A stretch of DNA of 64,000 bases from Candidatus Hermodarchaeota archaeon (GTDB lineage Archaea; Asgardarchaeota; Lokiarchaeia; Sigyniarchaeales; SOKP01), in NCBI GenBank assembly GCA_048885535.1, contig JBHLLO010000008.1, positions 6,403 to 70,402 on the forward strand, written 5' to 3'. This document shows positions 49,748 through 57,358 of the stretch, one piece after another. Below the pieces are notes generated by a model. That model saw only the letters and a program-made list of their open reading frames with translations, made no database searches and had not been told where the DNA came from. Both the position numbers and the translations under genes were made by a program. Position 1 is the stretch's first letter; each line of letters starts with the position of its first letter.

Positions 49748-50783
49748 TTGTTTTTTTTAATCCCTCTCTCAAGGAAGTTGTAGGTTCCCAGTTTAATAAT
49801 TTTTTTGCTTTAGTAAGATCAGGGCATCTTTTTACAGGATCATCAATAGGTAAAGCTTTAAAGATGATTCTAGAGTTAGAATTAACCAATTCTTTTATGA
49901 TTTTAGCTAATTCCAGAATTGTGTACTCTTTATCATTGCCCAAATTGATTACCTCTCCAGTTGCTTTCTCATTATGAACCATCTTTAGAATCCCCTCGAT
50001 TTCATCAATGACATATATAAAGGATCTTGTTTGAGACCCATCTCCAAAAATAGTTATATCTTCATCATTTAAAGCTTGAAATATAAAGTTGGGAATAACA
50101 CGTCCAAATTCAGGACCATGTCGTATTCTAGGACCAGAAGTATTGAAAATTCTCACTATTTTCGTTTTTATTTTATGCTGGAGCTCATAAGCTTTAACAA
50201 AAGCCTCCCCAGCCCTTTTAGATTCGTCATAACAAGATCTAGGTCCAACTGGATTTACATGTCCAAAATACTCTTCTGACGTGGGTATAGCATCATTAGG
50301 AGGATTTCCATACACTTCTGATGTACTTGTATAGAAGAACAAGGCATTATGAGCTTTGGCAATTCCTAAAGCATTCATAGTTCCAAGAGTATTGCTTTTT
50401 AATATTGGAATAGGAAATCTCTTGAACTCAAAAGGAGATGCTCTACTAGCCATATGCATTACAATATCAATTTTTTTAATATCACCTATACAAACACCTT
50501 TGGGGTGATGAGTAAGACCAAAATATATGGGTTCAGAGATATCATGATTTATGAATCTAAAATTATCCTTTTGCATTAAATGGGCTACATTGTCAAACCG
50601 TCCAGAAGATAAATTATCAAGACATATGCATAATGCTTCCTGTTTAACTAAAACATCACATACCCAAGAACCTAAAAAACCAGTACCACCTGTAACCAAA
50701 ATTATTCTATTTTTAAAACTTATACTTTCTTTATTAAGGCGATTTATTATTTCATCAATATCTTGAGTTATATCATAATTCAT
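49722..50783 (-). CDS. extended-SDR NAD-dependent sugar-nucleotide epimerase/dehydratase (UDP-glucuronate decarboxylase-like)
   Basis: VTGGTGFLGSW Rossmann motif, catalytic YDESKRAGE, and UXS-like blocks. Confidence 0.8.
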   Translation of the reverse strand: MNYDITQDIDEIINRLNKESISFKNRIILVTGGTGFLGSWVCDVLVKQEALCICLDNLSSGRFDNVAHLMQKDNFRFINHDISEPIYFGLTHHPKGVCIGDIKKIDIVMHMASRASPFEFKRFPIPILKSNTLGTMNALGIAKAHNALFFYTSTSEVYGNPPNDAIPTSEEYFGHVNPVGPRSCYDESKRAGEAFVKAYELQHKIKTKIVRIFNTSGPRIRHGPEFGRVIPNFIFQALNDEDITIFGDGSQTRSFIYVIDEIEGILKMVHNEKATGEVINLGNDKEYTILELAKIIKELVNSNSRIIFKALPIDDPVKRCPDLTKAKKLLNWEPTTSLREGLKKTIAWFKDNV

Positions 50784-50926
50784 ATATTACAACCTTGAGA
50801 GAAAGCTCATTGTGTCTTATTTTTGTATTTAAAATTATTATTTTCTTTAAGATTTTTGCTTTCCTAAAAAACTAGTTGAATTATTAAATAACAAATACTC
50901 AGAAATAGCTATCCTTGGAATATATT

Positions 50927-51517
50927 TTATAGGGTACGGTTTCCACAATGTTGACAAAATTTTAATTCTAATGGATAAAGTCTACCACAATTTGAACACT
51001 TTTTTAATGAACTTTTTAGAATCTCTCTTCCAAGCATCTCAAATACTTGTTCAACATTCTCTCCAGTTTTTGAAGAAGTACCAATAATATCGCCTTTAAA
51101 GTTATATTTATAATGAATTTTTTCAGCATCTTCTTTATTTATTTCTCTTTGATCTTCTAAGTCAAGTTTAGCTTCCACGAGTAGTTTTGTTTTAGGAGAG
51201 TTAGGAACAGAACTAATCACTTTTATCCAATCATGTAGATCCGCCAAAGATTCTCTGTTGGTTATGTCATATAAGATTAAAGCTCCTGATGCACCAGAAA
51301 CATAAGAAGGTAAAAGGAGTCTGAATTTTTTCTCTCCAGCGAAATCCCATATGTTCAAAAGAATCTCATTATCATCAACTATTACCTTTTTAGTTTCAAA
51401 ATCTACTCCAATTGTAGATAATGTAGAAGTATCAAATTTTCCAGTAGCATAACGCCTAATGAGAGATGTTTTACCTACATTTTTAGCTCCAGCCACAACA
51501 ACTTTAAACTTTATCAT
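50927..51517 (-). CDS. Rab-like small GTPase with C-terminal zinc ribbon
   Basis: G1 GAKNVGKTS, switch I/RabF1-like TIGVDF, G3 WDFAGEKKF, YDITNRES, G4 variant EAKLD, G5 SSKTG. The C-terminus has CSNC...CQHC instead of prenylatable Cys. Confidence 0.85.
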   Translation of the reverse strand: MIKFKVVVAGAKNVGKTSLIRRYATGKFDTSTLSTIGVDFETKKVIVDDNEILLNIWDFAGEKKFRLLLPSYVSGASGALILYDITNRESLADLHDWIKVISSVPNSPKTKLLVEAKLDLEDQREINKEDAEKIHYKYNFKGDIIGTSSKTGENVEQVFEMLGREILKSSLKKCSNCGRLYPLELKFCQHCGNRTL

Positions 51518-51640
51518 TTCTCAATATTACCTTTAAATAAATTGAATCTGAGTTTATTTCAATATAATATTATTAATATGAATAAATAATTTTATGTTTT
51601 CTATTTAATTGATTTTAAGAGCATTAATTAAATAATTTGT

Positions 51641-51711
51641 ACATTTTCAAAATAAATTTAAGCTAAAAAAAAATTTATGATATTAAGAAATCCTAGATAA
51701 AATAAGGCAAT
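51641..51711 (+). repeat. conserved upstream region, copy 1 (putative promoter/5' leader of the paralogous membrane-protein genes)
   Basis: It shares tttcaaaataaatttaag...atttat.at.ttaagaaatccta with 52653-52723. Confidence 0.6.
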
Positions 51712-52191
51712 ATGAGTCAGGCATCGTGGAAGTATCTAATAAATGGTAGTTATGTAATGATGGCTTCAATATTCCTACCAATTACTTATCACTCCCTGCG
51801 CGATGTTTATCATGAATTTCATGCTTTTTTTTGGATATTTGGATTGATTATCCATGTAGATGGTGCGATAGATATGGTTTGGTTTTTTAAAATCTCTGGT
51901 GGATATTGGCTTTTACCGATAACTACAATACTAATTATTATCCTTGGTTCGATTATGATTATAGTTTTAGCAATAATGGTTAAGAAAGGGAAAAAAGTTA
52001 AAAGATGGATATTTACATTAATAGTTACTCTTGAAGCTTCAATTATATTGATAAATTTTGGGTTTTATGAGTTTCTTAGAAATGCATTTTTTGGATATTT
52101 GTCATTTTTATTTGGGTTAATCTTATTAGTTATTGGCAACAAGAAGTATTATAAAGAATCCCGTAATTCAAGAAATATTTTGGAATCATGA
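51712..52191 (+). CDS. paralogous small membrane protein 1 (about 5 TM)
   Basis: The N-terminal SQASWKYLINGSYVMMASIFLPI and C-terminal FFGYLSFLFGLILLVIGN are shared with the third copy. Confidence 0.6.
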   Translation: MSQASWKYLINGSYVMMASIFLPITYHSLRDVYHEFHAFFWIFGLIIHVDGAIDMVWFFKISGGYWLLPITTILIIILGSIMIIVLAIMVKKGKKVKRWIFTLIVTLEASIILINFGFYEFLRNAFFGYLSFLFGLILLVIGNKKYYKESRNSRNILES

Positions 52192-52643
52192 CTCAAGAAC
52201 CTTGGAAAAATCTGATAAACTTTAGTTATGTAATGTTGGTGTCCCTATTAATTCCATCTCATTTTACTATTCTTGAAGCCACCTTTGGATATGGGCATTC
52301 AACTGTTGGTGTACTTCTTTGGATACACGGTTTGTCCTACTCAGGTTATGGGATAGGTTGGATTTGGCAAACAACTTATTCTCGTTATATAGGGGTTCAA
52401 CTTATATTTTCTCTGTATCTAATAATTATAATCTCAGTCAGCACACACATTCTTGCTCGAATAATCAAGAAAAAGGAGAAACTTAGAAAGAAAACGAGTT
52501 ATGCGATAGTTTATTCAATTATTTTCCTTCAGAGTATACTACTGTTCCTTAACTTAATTATGCTTCCCTTCTTCCCATTTTTTGGATATCTCTTATGGAC
52601 ATTTGCTCTTTTGTTATTAATTAAGACAGTAAAAACTTTGTAG
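52188..52643 (+). CDS. paralogous small membrane protein 2
   Basis: TQEPWKNLINFSYVMLVSLLIP... The start ATGA overlaps the stop of copy 1. This is the most divergent copy. Confidence 0.6.
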   Translation: MTQEPWKNLINFSYVMLVSLLIPSHFTILEATFGYGHSTVGVLLWIHGLSYSGYGIGWIWQTTYSRYIGVQLIFSLYLIIIISVSTHILARIIKKKEKLRKKTSYAIVYSIIFLQSILLFLNLIMLPFFPFFGYLLWTFALLLLIKTVKTL

Positions 52644-52652
52644 ATTATTTGC

Positions 52653-52723
52653 ATAATTTCAAAATAAATTTAAGTTAAAAAATGATTTATCATCTTAAGA
52701 AATCCTAAAAAAAGTGAGTGAAT
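52653..52723 (+). repeat. conserved upstream region, copy 2
   Basis: See 51641-51711. Confidence 0.6.
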
Positions 52724-53194
52724 ATGACTCAAGAGTCATGGAAATATCTAATAAATGGTAGTTATGTGATGTTGGCTTCTTTATTTTTACCGATTGGTTA
52801 TAGTTCGTTATGTTGTCCTACAACTCATATTTTCATATGGGTATTTTTCTGGATCTGGGTAGATAATACAATAAGGGTTCGTTGGTTTTTTGAAATACAA
52901 ATCATCCCAAATTATTGGTACTCTTGGTTTTATTGGATTTTGCCATTAATTTCGATTCTAGTTATTCTAGTTGGTTCGATTTCTATCATAATTTCAGCAA
53001 GAATGATAAGAAAAGGGAAAAAAGCCAGTAAAGGGATATTTACATTAATAATTTTTCTTCAATTCGCAATTTTATTGATAAACTTAATTGCCTATTTTGG
53101 TCAGGTATTTTTTGGATATTTATCATTTTTATTTGCGCTAATCTTACTAATTAAAGGTAATAGAATGTTTCTTACAGAAACTAAAGCATTATAA
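52724..53194 (+). CDS. paralogous small membrane protein 3
   Basis: MTQESWKYLINGSYVMLASLFLPI... ATG 52724 matches the paralog N-termini better than GTG 52718. Confidence 0.6.
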   Translation: MTQESWKYLINGSYVMLASLFLPIGYSSLCCPTTHIFIWVFFWIWVDNTIRVRWFFEIQIIPNYWYSWFYWILPLISILVILVGSISIIISARMIRKGKKASKGIFTLIIFLQFAILLINLIAYFGQVFFGYLSFLFALILLIKGNRMFLTETKAL

Positions 53195-53195
53195 T

Positions 53196-55538
53196 CTAAC
53201 CTATATCTTCATTACTATATTTGTAGCGACTTATTTTAAGAATTTCTTCGGCAATTTTTTTTCCAATATTCTTAACTCTCATGAGGTCTCCATAATCCGC
53301 ATTAAAAATGTTTTGGAGTGATTTTAGTTCTTTTAATAAGTTTTTTGCACGAAGTGAGTTCACACCAGGTATTCCAGCAACAATAAATTCCAATAAACGG
53401 GATATCTCAATGGGTTTTTTATCAAATCTTAATTTTGGTTCTCCCTTTGACTCGGAAAATTCTTTTTTGGCCAATTGAAATAGAAATTTAGCTGTTTCTA
53501 AGGCATCTTTAGTCTTATAAATCAATACTCCTAGATTTAATATGATCGAAGTAATTGCACCATAAAGAGCATTTTCATTTATTGCAGAGTCTCCAAAAGG
53601 GTCGCCTTCTAAAATTAATATTGGCTTATCAAAATTATTTTTTAAATCAAATAGTTCATTAAACAATCTTCCATCTTTTAGAGAGTCATTAAAGTCTTGG
53701 CTAGATTTCCTCTCAATGCCTACTCTATCTGAAATTACATAATCAGCCACTTTTAGCTGTTCTAACTTAAGCTTAACTCCCATAAGTGAGAGATTTCTAA
53801 CAACTGAGGAAGATGTTTCTCTATTATCACAAATTATAAAAAAAGTTTCATCTGATGGGATACTTTCTGGTTGCAGATTCTCATTATCTTCGGTTTCAAC
53901 TGATTGAGTCTTATTTTTATCTATGAAATTCAAGAGGCTAGGTTGATCCTTCTTAAGAGATGTTTCTGATTCTTTCATCTTTTTAAGACTTTGCCTCATA
54001 TTCTTCTCTTTTGACTTTTCTGCCCAATAATACCCCTCATCTCTAGTATTTTCTGCCATTAATATATAAACCTTACCCTCTTTTGCTCTTCCGGTTCGCC
54101 CTCTTCTTTGAATGGACCTTATTGCACTTGGTACAACATCATAAAAAATCACTAAATCACACTCAGCAATATCAAGCCCTTCTTCTGCCACGCTTGTCCC
54201 TACTAATGTATTAAAAATTCCATCTTTAAAATCTTCTAAAATACTAATTTGTTCCTTTTGAGATAACCCATTGTCGTATGATCTTTTCTGTTGTCCAACA
54301 AATTTATGAGCTTTAATAATTGAATGGTTATCTAAAAATTTCACAATATTGTTAACAGAATCCCTAAAATGACAAAAAACTAAAATTCTGGAATTTTTAT
54401 TTTCCACTAACTGATTTTGTAATATCTCGACCAATCTTTCTAACTTTGGATGAATAATCCCTTTGGATATCACCGAATTTACTAAATTATTCATTCTTTT
54501 AAATTCATAATCCTCATGGAGTTCTTTTAATGACTTGTTTGCTGTATTTCTCTTAATCTTATCTTCAATCTTATCCAGATAATCCTTTAATGCGTTAATC
54601 CCTTGAGTTTCAATCAGTTCCTGCATATGAGAAAGCCTAATGGCATTTGAAACATACTTTTTAGCAGCAAATAATTGAATCCTTTCATTATCATCTCGAG
54701 AGTTTGAAATCTTTTTGTTAATAATGGTATTTAATGTCAATAAATCCTTTCTAGTGATTTTATTAATATCTGCTGTATTTACAAGTCCTATATGTTTTAA
54801 CCATTTGTAAATACTTCTCAATTTTTCTACTAAGATTTTAGTGATTTCCAGAAATTCATTAGGGAGAGCAATTTTGATCCACTCATTGTCAACATTGTGG
54901 ATATAGGGTTTTACATCAGAATCTGTGTCAGTTCGAATTTCGATATGATTTATGTATAAATTATTCTTAATTTCATTAATTTTTCCTTCTGTGGATCCTG
55001 GGCTAGCTGTAAGACCTAAAATTTGAGCATTCTTAGCAAGCTCAATGTACTTCTGAGCAATGAAACAATACGCATAATCTCCTACAGCTCTATGGCATTC
55101 ATCAAAAATTATTAAGGAGACATCATCGATAGGGTAAAGATTGGAAATTATGTCATTTTGTAGGACTTGCGGGGTCATGAACGCAACTTTAGCTTCACGC
55201 CAGATACTCAAGCGCTTATCAGGACTAACACTACCCGTCAAAGAGACAAGATTAGTTTCTGGAATATTAGTTAGATTTAAGAAAGATTTAAAATGTTGGT
55301 TTACTAATGGTTTAGTTGGAGCTAGAAAAATTACCTTACTATCTGGTAAAGTTGTTAACCTCTGCGCTGCTAACATTAGCCCTAATATTGTTTTACCTAA
55401 TCCTGTAGGAATAACTACTAAACAGTTTTTATTTAGACAATTAATAAAAATATTTTCTTGATAAGCTCTTCTAATTACGGTATTTTCTTTGATTAAAGGG
55501 TGAGAAATAAAATCTTGTTTAGCAGATACAGAAATCAC
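53196..55538 (-). CDS. hef: Hef/FANCM-like helicase-nuclease (SF2 helicase + ERCC4 nuclease + HhH2)
   Basis: Helicase motifs PTGLGKT, DECH and QRRGRTGR. ERCC4 motif VGIERKSSQDF. Tandem helix-hairpin-helix at the C-terminus. Confidence 0.85.
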   Translation of the reverse strand: MISVSAKQDFISHPLIKENTVIRRAYQENIFINCLNKNCLVVIPTGLGKTILGLMLAAQRLTTLPDSKVIFLAPTKPLVNQHFKSFLNLTNIPETNLVSLTGSVSPDKRLSIWREAKVAFMTPQVLQNDIISNLYPIDDVSLIIFDECHRAVGDYAYCFIAQKYIELAKNAQILGLTASPGSTEGKINEIKNNLYINHIEIRTDTDSDVKPYIHNVDNEWIKIALPNEFLEITKILVEKLRSIYKWLKHIGLVNTADINKITRKDLLTLNTIINKKISNSRDDNERIQLFAAKKYVSNAIRLSHMQELIETQGINALKDYLDKIEDKIKRNTANKSLKELHEDYEFKRMNNLVNSVISKGIIHPKLERLVEILQNQLVENKNSRILVFCHFRDSVNNIVKFLDNHSIIKAHKFVGQQKRSYDNGLSQKEQISILEDFKDGIFNTLVGTSVAEEGLDIAECDLVIFYDVVPSAIRSIQRRGRTGRAKEGKVYILMAENTRDEGYYWAEKSKEKNMRQSLKKMKESETSLKKDQPSLLNFIDKNKTQSVETEDNENLQPESIPSDETFFIICDNRETSSSVVRNLSLMGVKLKLEQLKVADYVISDRVGIERKSSQDFNDSLKDGRLFNELFDLKNNFDKPILILEGDPFGDSAINENALYGAITSIILNLGVLIYKTKDALETAKFLFQLAKKEFSESKGEPKLRFDKKPIEISRLLEFIVAGIPGVNSLRAKNLLKELKSLQNIFNADYGDLMRVKNIGKKIAEEILKISRYKYSNEDIG

Positions 55539-55718
55539 CGAACTTTATGAATTTTATAATTATTCAAATAAATCTTTAATCTTTGTGTTATAAAGTTATA
55601 GAGTCAATAGAATCTCTTAAATTATATTGATGCCTTTTTAATAATAAGTTAATAGATGAATTTGAAATACTTGAAGTTTTAATTTAGTACGCGCAAGTGG
55701 TCTAGGCGTTATGACGAC

Positions 55719-55750
55719 ATTTCTCGCATGATACTTATGAAAAACGTTAT
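55719..55750 (+). other. tRNA intron 1 (32 nt, between positions 28/29)
   Basis: BHB: central helix GACG (55713-16) paired with CGUU (55745-48). Bulges AC|A and AU|A. Inner helix UUU/AAA extends with one mismatch. Confidence 0.6.
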
Positions 55751-55766
55751 ACGCTCACACCGTGTA

Positions 55767-55798
55767 AATCAACATTAAAAGAGAGTGTTGATCTCGAC
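55767..55798 (+). other. tRNA intron 2 (32 nt, between positions 44/45)
   Basis: BHB: central helix CGUG (55761-64) paired with CUCG (55793-96), 3 of 4 pairs. Bulges UA|A and AC|G. Perfect 7-bp inner helix AUCAACA/UGUUGAU. Confidence 0.7.
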
Positions 55799-55812
55799 GG
55801 TCGGGGGTTCAA

Positions 55813-55842
55813 TAATCTTAAAAATTATTTCAGATTGAAAAA
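55813..55842 (+). other. tRNA intron 3 (30 nt, in T loop between positions 58/59)
   Basis: BHB: central helix GUUC (55807-10) paired with GAAA (55837-40), 3 of 4 pairs. Bulges AA|U and AA|U. Inner helix AAUCU/AGAUU and outer helix GGGG/UCCC. Confidence 0.7.
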
Positions 55843-55968
55843 TTCCCTCCTTGCGCACTCTTTTCTAGTAATATTCACCGTTTAATTACTTTATTTAGTG
55901 TATAAACCAAAAAAGTTTTATTTTATTATATATTTTAAATTTTAAACACTTTTTTTATGGTATAAACC

Positions 55969-56271
55969 ATGTCTTCTTTTTTAGAATCTCGAGAATTAAG
56001 AAAAAAATACAAAGAAGTCAGAAACTACGTTAAGGTTGGGCCAATATTTCTAACTAGATATGAAAAAGCTAGAATAGTGGGAGCACGTGCCTTGCAAATA
56101 AGTTTTGGAGCTCCTATTTTGGTTGAAAAACCAAAAAACTTGATTGATCCAATTAAAATAGCACTTCTAGAATTAAAATCTCAGATTTTACCTTTAACAA
56201 TCCGAAGGGAATTTCCCTCAGGTGAACATCAGGACATTCCAATTAGCAAATTAATTTTAAAAAAAGATTAA
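55969..56271 (+). CDS. rpoK: DNA-directed RNA polymerase subunit K (Rpo6/RPB6 homologue)
   Basis: [18 protein letters not shown] motif. Confidence 0.85.
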   Translation: MSSFLESRELRKKYKEVRNYVKVGPIFLTRYEKARIVGARALQISFGAPILVEKPKNLIDPIKIALLELKSQILPLTIRREFPSGEHQDIPISKLILKKD

Positions 56272-56283
56272 ACAACTCTTAAA

Positions 56284-56730
56284 TTATTGGGTTTTATACT
56301 TTCCTCGTTCCGTAAGAAAATAAACTATATTATCGCCTACTTTTTCTGCTTTAATATATCCTTTCGTTATTAAATTATCAAGAATTTTTTCCAATTCCGC
56401 TTTTTTAAAAGGCTCCAGCCCTAAAAGAACTCTACTTTGATTTGCAATTATTGCAATTCGAGACAGAAATAATCTCTTCCCTTGAAAAGTTTCAAGTATA
56501 GTAAGATCGTTATTACTTAGGCGTTCAAATTGATCATGTTCAATATACTTGTCCTTTAAAGCTTTTGCTAAATCTAAAGTTTCTTGTGTCACTTCTTGCT
56601 TTTTAACTTCTACATGCTTTAATTGAACTAAATCTTTAGCTACAGGTTTCTTCTTTGTTTCAGACATTTGCTCAATATAATTAAGGATTTTTTCTTTTGA
56701 TTTATCTGTATCTTCTTTTTTGTTTTCCAT
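56284..56730 (-). CDS. hypothetical protein with probable C-terminal winged-helix domain
   Basis: Lys/Glu-rich N-terminus. The C-terminal ...ELEKILDNLITKGYIKAEKVGDNIVYFLTERG has a wHTH-like pattern. Confidence 0.35.
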   Translation of the reverse strand: MENKKEDTDKSKEKILNYIEQMSETKKKPVAKDLVQLKHVEVKKQEVTQETLDLAKALKDKYIEHDQFERLSNNDLTILETFQGKRLFLSRIAIIANQSRVLLGLEPFKKAELEKILDNLITKGYIKAEKVGDNIVYFLTERGKYKTQ

Positions 56731-56773
56731 AAATATACCAAAGCAATTTAAAAATAAAAACTTATATTAATTA

Positions 56774-57340
56774 ATGCAGAAGGTTATTACCCTAAAGAAT
56801 GGAGATAAGACTATTATAAGACATGTTAAAGAATCAGATGTTAATGGCATTTGGAATAACTTTAACGAGGTCGTTGATGAAGGAATTTATATCCCTGTAT
56901 TATTTCCAGTTAAGTCTGAATTCGAAAAGAATTCTTGGTATAATAATATTAAAAAATTAAATGACATCTGTATTGTAGCTGTCAACAAAAGTTTGAAATC
57001 TCCTAATAATGTTATTGGAATGTGTGAGGTTTCAAGTATAGAGTGGGATGCTGCCTCTCATGTAGGTAGCTTAGGTATAATTGTCCAAAAAATCTATAGA
57101 GATATGGGAATTGGATTCAATTTAATTGATGTAGCGATTCGAGAATCTAAAAGATTAAATCACAAAGAAAAAATAATATTAAGCTGCTTTTCCAATAATG
57201 AAAGAGCATTATATCTTTATAAGAAATTAGGTTTTCAGATTATAGGAATAAGAAAGAATCAATTTTTCATGGATTCAAAATATTATGATGAAGTTTTAAT
57301 GGATATATGGATTGATGACTATTTAGCGGAGTACAAATAA
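56774..57340 (+). CDS. GNAT-family N-acetyltransferase
   Basis: Acetyl-CoA binding region IVQKIYRDMGIGFNLI, and the C-terminal LYKKLGF motif. Confidence 0.8.
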   Translation: MQKVITLKNGDKTIIRHVKESDVNGIWNNFNEVVDEGIYIPVLFPVKSEFEKNSWYNNIKKLNDICIVAVNKSLKSPNNVIGMCEVSSIEWDAASHVGSLGIIVQKIYRDMGIGFNLIDVAIRESKRLNHKEKIILSCFSNNERALYLYKKLGFQIIGIRKNQFFMDSKYYDEVLMDIWIDDYLAEYK

Positions 57341-57358
57341 TCATTCTATTCTATAATA

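Larger units (their letters stand above)
55691..55857 (+). tRNA. tRNA-Val (anticodon CAC) with three non-canonical BHB introns
   Basis: 7-bp acceptor GCGCAAG/CUUGCGC plus discriminator A. After removing 55719-55750, 55767-55798 and 55813-55842, a 73-nt cloverleaf forms with anticodon arm ACACG-CUCACAC-CGUGU, variable loop AGGUC and T arm GGGGG-UUCAAUU-CCCUC. No CCA is encoded. Confidence 0.75.

Noticed and set aside
42139-51517. A possible functional link between the CPBP/CAAX-protease-family gene (42139-43209) and the Rab-like GTPase (50927-51517), that is, a prenyl-CAAX processing system.
   Set aside because: The GTPase has no C-terminal CAAX or CC/CXC motif; it ends in a zinc ribbon. The genes are 8 kb apart on unrelated operons. 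The CPBP family is also widespread in prokaryotes with non-prenyl functions.
55716-55735. An alternative anticodon-like loop UUCUCGC (would read CUC, Glu) lies directly after the D arm of the tRNA gene.
   Set aside because: Its flanking stem is poor (only CAU/AUG plus mismatches). It leaves no sensible variable or T region. It also lies entirely within the BHB-defined intron 1. The CAC (Val) arm has a perfect 5-bp stem with U33 and A37.
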